61,410 nt of DNA from an uncultured Bacteroidota bacterium (GTDB lineage: Bacteria > Bacteroidota > Bacteroidia > Bacteroidales > FEN-979): assembly GCA_937900965.1 (NCBI GenBank), contig CALCGJ010000056.1, positions 1 through 61,410 of the forward strand. Reading direction: 5' to 3'. Shown one piece after another: positions 37,666 through 48,200 of the stretch (position 1 is the stretch's first letter; the number at the start of each line of letters is the position of its first letter). The notes under the pieces were generated by a model. That model searched no databases and had not been told where the DNA came from. It saw only the letters and a list, made by a program, of their open reading frames with translations. The position numbers and the translations under genes are program-made.

Positions 37666-38481
37666 ATGTTTTCTTTAGCCTTTTCTCCCTGTCCGAACGA
37701 CACATTCATTTTCGCTGCGCTGGTTAATGGCTGGATAGACATGGAGGGGCTCTCCTTTGACTATGAGCTGGCTGATGTGGAAGAGCTGAACATGCTTGCA
37801 ATTAAGGGAAGAGTTGATATGATCAAAGTCAGCTTCTATGCCTGGCTCGCAATGCGAGACCGGTACGAGCTGCTTGAGAGTGGCAGCGCACTCGGGACAG
37901 GGAACGGTCCGTTGCTGATTGCCAGAAAGCGGATACCATTGCATCGCCACACAGGCAATGACACGGTGGCCGTATACCAAATGCCCGATATACGTGTTGC
38001 ACTACCTGGAGAACACACAACTGCACATCTTTTGTTCAATTTGGCCTTCCCACAGGTTACAACGAAGGAGTTTATGGTTTTCAATGAGATTGAAGATGCT
38101 GTCCTTTCAGGAGTTGTAGATGCTGGTGTTATTATTCATGAGAACAGGTTTACATACGAGCAGAGGGGTTTGATCAAACTTTTAGACCTCGGAGAGTTCT
38201 GGGAAGAGAGGAGTGCCAGTCCAATCCCGTTAGGTGGCATCATCGCAAAACGGCATCTGGGTGAAGAAACCCTTGGAAAACTCAACCGTATTATGCGCAG
38301 AAGTGTGCAGTTTGCTATGAAGAATCCTGACCAGGTGATGGATTTTGTCAAGGCTCATGCCCAGGAGATGAATGAGGATGTGATACGTAAACATATCAAT
38401 CTCTATGTGAACAGGTTTACACTGGATCTTGGTGATGACGGGAGCAGGGCAATTCAAACGCTGATAGATATCTATGATTGA
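37666..38481 (+). CDS. mqnD: 1,4-dihydroxy-6-naphthoate synthase
   Basis: FSPCPNDTFIF, DVEELN, SGSALG.GNGPL, PGEHTTAHLL, IIHENRFTY, PIPLGGI, HINLYVN. Confidence 0.93.
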   Translation: MFSLAFSPCPNDTFIFAALVNGWIDMEGLSFDYELADVEELNMLAIKGRVDMIKVSFYAWLAMRDRYELLESGSALGTGNGPLLIARKRIPLHRHTGNDTVAVYQMPDIRVALPGEHTTAHLLFNLAFPQVTTKEFMVFNEIEDAVLSGVVDAGVIIHENRFTYEQRGLIKLLDLGEFWEERSASPIPLGGIIAKRHLGEETLGKLNRIMRRSVQFAMKNPDQVMDFVKAHAQEMNEDVIRKHINLYVNRFTLDLGDDGSRAIQTLIDIYD

Positions 38482-39865
38482 AAACATCCCCCGAAATACA
38501 ATTTCAGCGATTTTCAGCCAGGCTCTTCATGAAGGTCTGATCCGTGAGGAAGATACGGCGGTACTCTTTCATGACTTCAATTATCTTGCATCACGCATAG
38601 CATATCTAAAATCCTGTTTTCCGTCTGACACTCTTCACGGACTGGCTATTAAATCAAATCCCCTTCTCCGGATACTGGAATTTACGCGGACAATGGGAAC
38701 ATGCGTAGAAGCTGCTACCGTAGGAGAGGTTACTCTGGCTATGAGAACCGGCTACAGCCCCAATCAGGTTATCTTTGATTCCCCTGTCAAAACAGAAGCT
38801 GATCTTCGGTTTGCCCTTGAGCTTGGGGTACACATGAACTGCGACAATCTCACAGAATTAAACCGGGTTGACAGTCTTCTTAAAAATATTACTTCCAACT
38901 CCACTATAGGTATCCGGATCAATCCCCAGATAGGTGTTGGTGCCATTCTTGAGTCGAGTGTGGCCGGGAAATATTCGAAATTCGGAGTTCCTGTCAATAC
39001 CATGAGAAGGGAGCTGGAAGATGCTTTTGCTAACTATCCGTGGCTTACAGGCGTCCATCTTCACGTAGGATCACAGGGATGTGCCATGGAGATGCTTGTG
39101 AACGGAGTGGGTGTACTTTATGATTTTGTATGTGAAGTAAACCAAAAACGAACAGCGAAGGGCGAACAGCCTGTTGCAATCTTCGACATTGGAGGAGGAC
39201 TGCCAATTTCCTATTCCTATCAACAGAGACCTCCACGGATGGAGGATTATGTGGCGGCATTGCGGGAAAGGGCCCCGGGATTGTTTGATAGCTCAGGGCA
39301 CAGGGCACAGGGCACAGGGCTCAGGGCACAGGGCTCAGAGAGTTCTTCACCCCGGCACCACGGCACCATGGCACCACGGCAAAATGGCGAAACCGGAGAG
39401 GTATCCTGGAGACTGATCACTGAATTCGGGCGGTGGGTATTCGTAAACAGTGGTTTTACAGTCAGCCGGGTGGAGTATGTGAAAAGGGATCCCGGCATTA
39501 ACACAGCCATGATCCATGTTGGAGCTGATCTTTTTGTCAGAGAATGTTTGAATCCAACAGACTGGAAGCATGAATACAGTATCCTGGATTCGCAGGGCAA
39601 ACTTAAGAAGGGTCTTGATGACCAGCCTTATAACATCGCAGGGCCGCTCTGTTTTGCAGGTGATATCCTGGCCAAAGGGATCCCGCTTCCGAAAGTGGAA
39701 GAGGGGGACTGGCTTGTGATCCATGATACCGGAGGATATACATTTTCGATGTGGTCTCGCTACAACAGCAGGCAAACACCGAGGATACTCGGCTGGTTTG
39801 AGGGGACGTTTTCGGTTTTGAAGGAGAGGGAGAGTCTGGAGGATTTGGTTGGGTTTTGGGAGTGA
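38474..39865 (+). CDS. lysA: Group IV PLP-dependent decarboxylase, diaminopimelate decarboxylase-like
   Basis: AIKSNP (PLP Lys), SKFG, HLHVGSQ, DIGGG, TEFGR, IAGPLCFAGD, DTGGY; substrate not certain. Confidence 0.7.
   Translation: MIENIPRNTISAIFSQALHEGLIREEDTAVLFHDFNYLASRIAYLKSCFPSDTLHGLAIKSNPLLRILEFTRTMGTCVEAATVGEVTLAMRTGYSPNQVIFDSPVKTEADLRFALELGVHMNCDNLTELNRVDSLLKNITSNSTIGIRINPQIGVGAILESSVAGKYSKFGVPVNTMRRELEDAFANYPWLTGVHLHVGSQGCAMEMLVNGVGVLYDFVCEVNQKRTAKGEQPVAIFDIGGGLPISYSYQQRPPRMEDYVAALRERAPGLFDSSGHRAQGTGLRAQGSESSSPRHHGTMAPRQNGETGEVSWRLITEFGRWVFVNSGFTVSRVEYVKRDPGINTAMIHVGADLFVRECLNPTDWKHEYSILDSQGKLKKGLDDQPYNIAGPLCFAGDILAKGIPLPKVEEGDWLVIHDTGGYTFSMWSRYNSRQTPRILGWFEGTFSVLKERESLEDLVGFWE
39291..39400 (+). 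repeat. In-frame CAGGGC(A/T) heptamers plus GGCACCA(C/T) octamers in lysA
   Basis: Encodes SGHRAQGTGLRAQGSESSSPRHHGTMAPRQNGETGE just before the conserved LITEFGR. Confidence 0.9.
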
Positions 39866-39920
39866 AGGCATGGAGGCATGGAGGCATGCCTTCTTGCCTC
39901 CATGCCTTCATGCCTTTGTA
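39863..39920. repeat. Head-to-head inverted octamer arrays (TGGAGGCA)n/(TGCCTCCA)n
   Basis: TGAAGGCATGGAGGCATGGAGGCA-TGCCTTCTTGCCTCCATGCCTTCA; begins at the lysA stop; related units at 59355-59374. Confidence 0.85.
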
Positions 39921-39965
39921 CCTTTATTCCTTTTCACTACCTTTACCTCCCAAAATCAAACGCGC

Positions 39966-40931
39966 ATGATCATCGTTACAGGAGCTGCCGGATTTATTGG
40001 AAGTTGTTTAGTTGGCAAACTCAATAACCAGGGAATCAAAGAGATTGGGATTGTTGATGATTTTTCCCATCCGGAGAAAGCCCTTAACACCCGGAATAAG
40101 GCATTTGAGGTCTCCATCGACCGGAAAGAATTTGCTGACTGGTTCCGCAAAAACAACGGATTAGTTGAGTTCGTCTATCATATTGGTGCACGCACCGATA
40201 CTACAGAGTTCAACATGTCTGTATTTGATGAACTCAATCTGAACTACTCCAAAGAGATCTGGAAACTTTGCACCGCGTTTAATATTCCACTGGTTTATGC
40301 ATCCTCTGCTGCCACCTATGGCGATGGATCCCTGGGATATACTGACGATCACAATCTCATCCCAAAACTTCAACCCCTGAATCCTTATGGAGTTTCCAAA
40401 AATGAGTTTGACAAATGGGTGTTGAGCCAGGAGAAGACTCCCCCCTATTGGTTTGGGTTGAAATTCTTCAATGTCTTCGGACCCAATGAGTACCACAAAG
40501 GGAGAATGGCATCTGTGGTTTTTCATGCTTACAATCAGATACGGGATACTGGATCCGTGAAATTGTTTCGTTCACATAATCCTGATTACCCGGATGGGGA
40601 ACAGTTGAGAGACTTTATCTATGTCAAAGATGTGGTGGATGTACTGTATTTTCTGATGAATCATCAAACAAATTCCGGAATTTATAACCTAGGTACAGGA
40701 AAAGCGCGCACCTTCCTTGATCTGGTCAACAGCGTATTCACTGCTCTGGGTGAAGACCCCTCCATCGAATTCATCGACACACCTATTGATATCCGTGATA
40801 AATATCAATACTTCACGGAAGCCGCTATGCAAAAGCTCCACTCCATCGGTTATACCAAACCGTTCACGCCTCTTGAAGATGGCATCCGGGAGTATGTGCA
40901 GGAGTATTTAAGAGAGGGGAGCTGTTATTAA
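39966..40931 (+). CDS. rfaD: ADP-L-glycero-D-manno-heptose 6-epimerase
   Basis: MIIVTGAAGFIGS, YASSAATYG, PLNPYGVSK, FFNVFGPNEYHKGRMASV, RDFIYVKD, KYQYFTEA. Confidence 0.93.
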   Translation: MIIVTGAAGFIGSCLVGKLNNQGIKEIGIVDDFSHPEKALNTRNKAFEVSIDRKEFADWFRKNNGLVEFVYHIGARTDTTEFNMSVFDELNLNYSKEIWKLCTAFNIPLVYASSAATYGDGSLGYTDDHNLIPKLQPLNPYGVSKNEFDKWVLSQEKTPPYWFGLKFFNVFGPNEYHKGRMASVVFHAYNQIRDTGSVKLFRSHNPDYPDGEQLRDFIYVKDVVDVLYFLMNHQTNSGIYNLGTGKARTFLDLVNSVFTALGEDPSIEFIDTPIDIRDKYQYFTEAAMQKLHSIGYTKPFTPLEDGIREYVQEYLREGSCY

Positions 40932-40932
40932 G

Positions 40933-41059
40933 GTAGGGAGGTAGGGAGGTAGGGAGGTAGGGAGGTAGGGAGGTGAAAAGGGTGTGAGGGTATGAGGGTT
41001 AGTGGAACTGCCAACTGCAAACTGCCCACTGTCCACTGCCCACTGCCTACTGCCTACTG
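40933..41059 (+). repeat. Mosaic: (GTAGGGAG)x5, GAGGGTAT octamers, ACTGCCN heptamers (about 7 copies)
   Basis: Read directly downstream of rfaD. Confidence 0.95.
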
Positions 41060-41061
41060 TT

Positions 41062-41092
41062 AAACTCGGGCGTGCTCCCGGGGCTTTTTTGT
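41062..41092 (+). terminator. Probable Rho-independent terminator after rfaD
   Basis: CTCGGG-CGTGCT-CCCGGG stem followed by GCTTTTTTG. Confidence 0.5.
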
Positions 41093-41165
41093 TTATAACA
41101 AGGAATAACTTGTAGGAAAATCGCTTGACAGCTTGAATTCCTAAAGGTATTTTTACAGGTTAGAA

Positions 41166-44100
41166 ATGAACTGTATGAAACGATATTGTCTCCTTGTTTT
41201 CCTGATTATCCCGGTACTACTTCACTCACAGGGTGTTTCCATCTATGCGGTCTCCCGGCAAACCGGGATTACCTTCAACTCTATCAGTTCCACCGGTACC
41301 GCTGTACCCAGTTGGAGAGGTGGCAGCAACCTGGGCGACAACCGTAGTTTTCCGGTCCCCATCGGGTTTTCGTTTTATTACCTTGGAACAAATTATACTA
41401 CCGTCAATATCTCCCTGAATGGATTCATTGATTTTTCCAGTAACGCCGCTACCGGCATAAACCAGTTTCCTTTCGGATTCGATAACAGCTATTTCACACA
41501 ACCTGCCCCTAACGGAACACTACTGGCTATTGCTCCCTTCTACGAGGACCTGATGTGTGCAGTAGGATGGTCCCTGTTCTCCAGTGTGAAATATCAAACC
41601 AGCGGCAGTGCAGGAAACCGGGTATTTACTGTAGAGTGGATCAACATGACCTATCCGATCATTCCATATACGCAATTGGTAAACTTCCAGGTCAAGCTTT
41701 ATGAAGCCACCAGCGATATCGAATTTATCTATGGGAATATGGGTGCTTCAGGCATCCCGCTAAGCTATACATGCGGTATAAACGCCGCTTCATTAACTTC
41801 ACCTCCTGGAAATACTGAATTACTTACACAGCAGACTGCCAATACAAGTTCATTCAGTTACATCCCGCAAAATGCCCTTTCAGTTGTTCCCGCCTCCATG
41901 AGCCGGATCCTGTTTCAGGGATGTATACTCCCCGCACCAGCCGGGCCTATTGTCGGACTTTCTGGTGTTTGTGAAGGGAGTGAAGGACTTATCTACAGCA
42001 TCTCACCACTCCCCAATACAACGCTCTATAACTGGTTACTACCACCCGGGTTTGTATTTGCCGGAGGTGTATTTTCAAACACTATCTACATCAATGCCGG
42101 ACCAGGAGCCTCATCAGGAAACATCACAGTATTTGGTTCCAATGCATGCGGTATCGGGACATCATCAAGCCTTCCGGTAACTGTACATTCAAAACCCCTC
42201 CCAACGATAGCGGGGCCGACAACCGTTTGTGCAGGAAAAAGCGGAAATATCTACACCACCGAAGCCGGGATGAGTAACTATCAATGGGTCGTTTCTACAG
42301 GTGGGATTATCCAGTCTGGCTCAGGAACCAACACCGTGTCGGTGAAGTGGGACTCGGTCGGATCCCGGACAATTTCCGTAAACTACTCCAATTCTCCAAA
42401 TTGTTTTGCCTCGACTCCAACCCTGTATACAGTGAATGTTGTTCCAAAACCTGTCCCTGTCATTTACGGATCCGATTCTGTTTGTGTAAACAGTACCAAC
42501 ACCTACTCAACCGAAGCCGGAATGACCGGATACCAGTGGAGTGTTTCTCCAGGGGGTGTGACAGTATCAGGTGGAACCACCACAAGTAATTATATCACAA
42601 TCAATTGGAGCATCATCGGGAACCGCTCTGTGAGTGTCAGTTATACCAATGGAAATGGATGTGTTCCCTTAACCCCAACCATCCTTCCTGTCCTTGTCAG
42701 TTCAGTCCCGTCACCTCAACTGTTCGGACCATCCACAGCATGTGTTCAGTCGACAAATAATATTTATTCCACTCAGCAGGGAATGGTTAATTATACCTGG
42801 GCAGTTTCTGCCGGGGGTACTATTACATCGGCTACAGATTCCAGTGCGATCATTGTTGCCTGGAACACCACCGGGAATAAACATGTAATTGTCAACTACA
42901 CAACCTCTTCAGGTTGCACAGGCGCTATTCCCGACACACTGCCGGTTCTTGTACAGTCAAGACCCACACCATCCATTACAGGACCTGTTGTAGTGTGTGC
43001 CGGTACGGGAGGTCATGTTTATTCCACTCAGCAAGGCAAAACAGGGTATCAATGGTCGTTATCCGGCGGCGGTGTGATTATTTCCGGAAGCGGAACCAAT
43101 ATCATAACCGTGACGTGGGATACGGCAGGTTCGAGGCAGGTTATGGTCAACTACACCGATTCTACAGGATGCAGTGCATTGAATCCCGTCGCTTTACCTG
43201 TCACTGTCAACCCTCAACCTATTCCTACGATCTCAGGGCCTGCGACAGTCTGCAAAGGGGTTCCGGGTAATCAGTATTTTACCGAGAGCGGGATGACAAA
43301 TTATATCTGGAATGTTTCAGCCGGCAACACCATTCAATCGGGAGGGACATCAATTGATAACTTCATCGTGGTAACATGGAATTCCCTGGCTACGCAGTCT
43401 GTCACTGTCAACTATACCAACTTCAACGGCTGTACGGCCCAGATGGCCACCTCCTCCCCTGTTGTTGTCAATCCATTGCCAGTTCCCACGATTACCGGTC
43501 CTGATACGGTTTGCATCAATTCAACCGGAAACGCATACGGTACAGAAACCGGGATGAGCAGTTATACCTGGTCAGTTTCTGCAGGAGGTGCGATCACTTC
43601 CGGTGCTGGCACTCACACCATCACCGTTACATGGAACCAGGTGGGACTTCAATCGGTTTATGTTAACTACAACGACAGCAACAGTTGTGCAGCGGCAGCG
43701 CCCACAGTTTACAACGTACTGGTTGAACCCCTGCCTGTACCAGTCATAACAGGACCGGCATCAGCATGCAAGGAATCAACAGGAAATACCTATACCACAG
43801 AGGCAGGGATGACAAATTACCAATGGGTGGTCTCTGGTGGAGGGAGTATCACAGCAGGAGGATCTGACTCTGTAAATAGTGTTACTGTGACCTGGAATAC
43901 GGTAGGAGCACAAACAGTAAGTGTTGGTTATACCAATGCCCTTGGATGTACATCTGCACCTCTCACGGTTTACAGCGTAACAGTTCAACCTCCACCCATA
44001 CCCACTGTTACCGGCGAGATCACCGCCTGCATCAATGGAGGTGATTATACCTACACTACTGAAACCGGGATGACAGGATACGTATGGACCGCATCTCCTT

Positions 44101-44984
44101 CGGGCTCAATTACATCTGGGGCAGGAACTTTCCAGGTAGAGGTTACCTGGCTGGGAACAGGATCGCAATGGGTTGGGGTGAATTATATCAATGCAAATGG
44201 GTGCAGTGCTCCTCAAGCTACAACACTCACAGTTGATGTTGACGGGGTTCCGGGACAGGCAGGAGCCATAACAGGTTCCGATACAATCTGTGGTATTTCA
44301 ACAGGTGTATCATACACTACAGCTCCTGTAGCAAATGCCAATGCATACAACTGGACTGTGCCGCCCGGCGCCATAATTACATCCGGTGCAGGTACCATTT
44401 CCATTCTTGTCGATTACCCGGTAACAGCTACCAGTGGAAATATTATCGTTACGGCCAGCAATGCTTGTGGCAACGGGGCTCCCTCTCCCTCACTTCCGAT
44501 CAGCGTTACTCAAATACCAGCCACCCCGGTGATCACCCAGTCGGGGACCGTATTAACCAGTAACATGCCAACCGGAAATCAATGGTTTAAAAACGGCATC
44601 CTCATTCCCGGTGCAACAGGATTCAGTTACCTTGTGCTTGCTAACGGAGAATATTGGGACCAGGTCATCATCAACGGATGTGGGTCTGACACGTCAAACC
44701 ACATCAATGTAGTCATCACTGGATTAGATGATCATACAGGGGCTCTCATCTCTCTCTTCCCAAATCCTAATAACGGGAGGTTCACGCTTGAGTTGAGCGG
44801 TGTTAATAAATCTTCGGAGGTATATGTTGAAATTTATACCATGAGAGGAGAATCGATGCTGAAAGAGACATTCATCGGGGAATCCCGGCACGAATTCAAC
44901 CTCGAAGGAAGCCCATCAGGAATCTATATTCTCCGCGTATTTAGCAACGATATGGCAAAAACTGTCAAGATCATTAAGAACTGA
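41166..44984 (+). CDS. Large T9SS-secreted surface protein with about 8 tandem ~86-aa PKD/Ig-like repeats
   Basis: Signal peptide; repeats P.I.GP..VC.....Y.T..GM..Y.W.VS.GG.I.SG......V.W...G...V.VNY....C; CTD LFPNPN.GRFT...GIYILR...KIIKN. Confidence 0.85.
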   Translation: MNCMKRYCLLVFLIIPVLLHSQGVSIYAVSRQTGITFNSISSTGTAVPSWRGGSNLGDNRSFPVPIGFSFYYLGTNYTTVNISLNGFIDFSSNAATGINQFPFGFDNSYFTQPAPNGTLLAIAPFYEDLMCAVGWSLFSSVKYQTSGSAGNRVFTVEWINMTYPIIPYTQLVNFQVKLYEATSDIEFIYGNMGASGIPLSYTCGINAASLTSPPGNTELLTQQTANTSSFSYIPQNALSVVPASMSRILFQGCILPAPAGPIVGLSGVCEGSEGLIYSISPLPNTTLYNWLLPPGFVFAGGVFSNTIYINAGPGASSGNITVFGSNACGIGTSSSLPVTVHSKPLPTIAGPTTVCAGKSGNIYTTEAGMSNYQWVVSTGGIIQSGSGTNTVSVKWDSVGSRTISVNYSNSPNCFASTPTLYTVNVVPKPVPVIYGSDSVCVNSTNTYSTEAGMTGYQWSVSPGGVTVSGGTTTSNYITINWSIIGNRSVSVSYTNGNGCVPLTPTILPVLVSSVPSPQLFGPSTACVQSTNNIYSTQQGMVNYTWAVSAGGTITSATDSSAIIVAWNTTGNKHVIVNYTTSSGCTGAIPDTLPVLVQSRPTPSITGPVVVCAGTGGHVYSTQQGKTGYQWSLSGGGVIISGSGTNIITVTWDTAGSRQVMVNYTDSTGCSALNPVALPVTVNPQPIPTISGPATVCKGVPGNQYFTESGMTNYIWNVSAGNTIQSGGTSIDNFIVVTWNSLATQSVTVNYTNFNGCTAQMATSSPVVVNPLPVPTITGPDTVCINSTGNAYGTETGMSSYTWSVSAGGAITSGAGTHTITVTWNQVGLQSVYVNYNDSNSCAAAAPTVYNVLVEPLPVPVITGPASACKESTGNTYTTEAGMTNYQWVVSGGGSITAGGSDSVNSVTVTWNTVGAQTVSVGYTNALGCTSAPLTVYSVTVQPPPIPTVTGEITACINGGDYTYTTETGMTGYVWTASPSGSITSGAGTFQVEVTWLGTGSQWVGVNYINANGCSAPQATTLTVDVDGVPGQAGAITGSDTICGISTGVSYTTAPVANANAYNWTVPPGAIITSGAGTISILVDYPVTATSGNIIVTASNACGNGAPSPSLPISVTQIPATPVITQSGTVLTSNMPTGNQWFKNGILIPGATGFSYLVLANGEYWDQVIINGCGSDTSNHINVVITGLDDHTGALISLFPNPNNGRFTLELSGVNKSSEVYVEIYTMRGESMLKETFIGESRHEFNLEGSPSGIYILRVFSNDMAKTVKIIKN

Positions 44985-45011
44985 GTTGAAACAACACGCT
45001 GTCAGTCAATA

Positions 45012-45045
45012 GAAGAGCTCCGGAATATTTCAGGGCTCTTTTCTT
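45012..45045 (+). terminator. Rho-independent terminator
   Basis: AAGAGCTCCGGAA..TTTCAGGGCTCTTTTC; similar to the terminator at 53738. Confidence 0.7.
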
Positions 45046-45070
45046 TATCCAAGGCTTTTTTCTGTTTTTT

Positions 45071-45101
45071 TTTGCAATTCTGAAATAAAGTTCTATTTTT
45101 A
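45071..45101 (+). promoter_or_regulatory. -33/-7 promoter for the 2812-aa gene
   Basis: TTTG at 45071-45074, 19-nt spacer, TATTTTTA at 45094-45101 (one mismatch to TAnnTTTG). Confidence 0.5.
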
Positions 45102-45269
45102 TAGGCCCGATTCTCCCCGGCCACTGGACATCGGGACCAGCATGCACAGCGCAGTTATTCTTTCTTCCGCCTATCTTTTCCGAACTGGCGATTCTTTCCC
45201 TGTACCTGTTTTCTGATATTCTTTATACTGAAATTCAACGAATTAGAATCAATAACAAACACCACGATC

Positions 45270-48200
45270 ATGAAAAAAATTTCCTTCCTTTTAATTGCAA
45301 TGATAATCTCAGGATTATCCTTCGGACAGTTAACCGGTACGAAAACAATACCGGGAGATTATGCGACTATTGAAGCAGCCATTACTGCCCTGAATACTTC
45401 AGGTGTAGGAGCCGGTGGGGTAACGTTCAATGTTGCAGCCGGCCACACAGAGACGTTTTCCGACCCTACGGTGGGCACGATCACCACGAATACCGGCTCA
45501 GCAACCAATCCCATTATCTTTCAAAGATCCGGAGCGGGCGCAAATCCACTGATTACAGGAGCTGCACTTGCCTCCTCTTCCACAACCGACGGGATTATTA
45601 AAATCGAAGGGACGGATTATGTGACCTTTGACGGGATTGATGTGCAGGAGAATCCCGGAAGTACTTCAAACTTTTATGACTGGGGGTATGCACTCCTGGT
45701 GGCCTCATCAACAGACGGCGCCCAACACACTACAATAAGAAATTGTGCAATAACGCTGGATAATAGCAACACCTCTTCGCGAGGGATATACAGCAATAAT
45801 CATAGCGCAACATCCACTTCTTCCATTACACCAACATCCGCCGATGGAACCGTTTCCTATTCCAGTATAGACAACAACACTATATCGAATGTCTACTACG
45901 GGATCTACTTTAGTGGCTATTCCAGCGCTACTTACTATTCACAGGACAACTACATCGGTACCGGTGGTGGAAATTCACTGACAAATTTCGGGGGCGGTTC
46001 ATCAGCAGTGTATGGAATCTATATGATCTATCAGAACGGAGCCAGGATAGCCAACAATATGATCAATGGCGGAACCGGGTCATCTTCCACAGTCTACGTT
46101 ATATACAGTGGAACCGGAACCAATTCCAACATCGATATTTACTCCAATACGATCACCCTGGACCGGTCCGGCAACTCTACCACGTATATCATATACAACA
46201 CAACCGGTGCCAGTGGGACTACCAATACAGTGAACATCTATAACAATATAGTAGAAAACTGTACATTTACCACCGCCACCAGCGCTTCATGGTATGGACT
46301 TTATTGTTCGGCATCTGCCGCAACGGTCAACATCTATGGCAACATTATCAGGAACAATACAAAACCCGGTACCGGGATTACATATCTGTTGTATCAGTTT
46401 AATACAGCTGCCAGTGGGAATGAAAATGTATACAACAATTCAATTTACGGGAATGCCAATACAGGTACAGGAACCTTGTACTGTCTGTATTCCAGCCCCG
46501 TTTCAACAACAAATAAGGAGATCTTCCGGAATTCGGTTTACGATAATTCTACCGGAGGCTCCTCCCTGTATGGATTGTATACATCCACAGGGGCTACGGT
46601 AAACATCTACCAAAACAGTATCTATGGTCAGTCCACAACCAGTTCATCGGGGAACAACTATGGAATCTATATCAGTTCAGGAACAACATTAAGTTGTTAC
46701 AATAACTTTATCTCGGATCTCCAGGCCCCGGCCAGTTCGAACAATCCTGCAATCAGGGGTATCTATGTTTCAAGCGGAACCACTATCGGACTTTATTACA
46801 ATACCATTTACCTGGATGCGACCAGTACAGGAACAAACTTCGGATCTTGCGCTGTGTATGCCAGTACCTCTCCGGCTCTGGAAATGCGGAACAACATTCT
46901 TGCGGATCTATCCACTCCCAACGGCACAGGTCTCTCTGTCGCTTTCAGGAGAAGTTCCACCACTATCGGATCCTATGCAACAACCTCCAACAACAACGAT
47001 TTCTATGCGGGAACACCAGGTCCTTCAAACCTGATCTTTTATGACGGAACCAACGCTTTTCAGACTATTCTTGATTACCAGACATTTGTATCCCCAATCG
47101 ATGCAGCATCTTTTACCAGTTTGCCACCATTTATGAATGTGGCATTCACACCCTATGATCTGCATATTCAAACAGGCGTATCTACCAAGTGTGAAAGCGG
47201 CGGAAGTACCGTTTCCACTCCCAATATTACGATTGACTATGACGGCCAGGCCAGATATCCCAATCCCGGATATCCTGACGACCCAAGTTATCCGGCCTCA
47301 GCTCCCGACGTAGGCGCTGATGAGTTTGCAGGAATACCTTCGTTCAGTTGTGCAACTCCTGTTCCGGGAAACACCATGTCGACAGCAAATAACCTCTGTC
47401 TGGGACAGGAAATTACACTTTCTCTTGAAAATGCTGTTCCCGGGACCGGTGTCTCCTACCAGTGGCAGAGTTCACCCGATGGTGTTACTTACTCTGACAT
47501 CACCGGTGAAACCTCTCTTGTCTACACTACAACACCTGCTGAGTCCCTTTATTATCAATGTATTGTGACCTGCCAGAACGGACCGGAATCAGCCACATCC
47601 ACACCAATCCAGGTTGACTTCCTGAACAGCATTCTCACAACCACTCCAGGTAACCGTTGCGGGACCGGAACTGTAGATCTCTATGCAACCGGCAGCACAG
47701 GGACCACATTGAACTGGTATGATGCCCTGACGGGTGGCGCCTGGGCAGGGACAGGTTCCCCGTTTACAACTCCCGTTATTTCCTCCACAACAAACTACTA
47801 TGTGGGGGCAGAAGGCATTTCAGCTGGAAATGCAGCGGTTGGAGCTGGTGCAACTACTTCTTCTACTTACTCTAACCCCTTTTACTCTTTATGGAGCAAC
47901 TTACATACACAACATTTGATTACCGCTGCCGAATTAACAGCTGCTGGTATCAGTGCAGGGGATCTGACTTCAGTAGCTCTCGATGTAACGAATGCCGGTA
48001 CACTTCCAATGATCGACTTGTCGGTAAAAATTGGGGCTACTACCGAAACAAGTCTGACAGCTTTTCTCTCTCCTCTTTTTACTGAAGTTTACACAAATGC
48101 ATCTTACATGCCAACACTTGGGTTAAATGTACTGCTTTTCTCTACACCGTTTAACTGGGATGGGACATCAAGTATTGTCCTGGAGTTTTGCCATGGGAAT

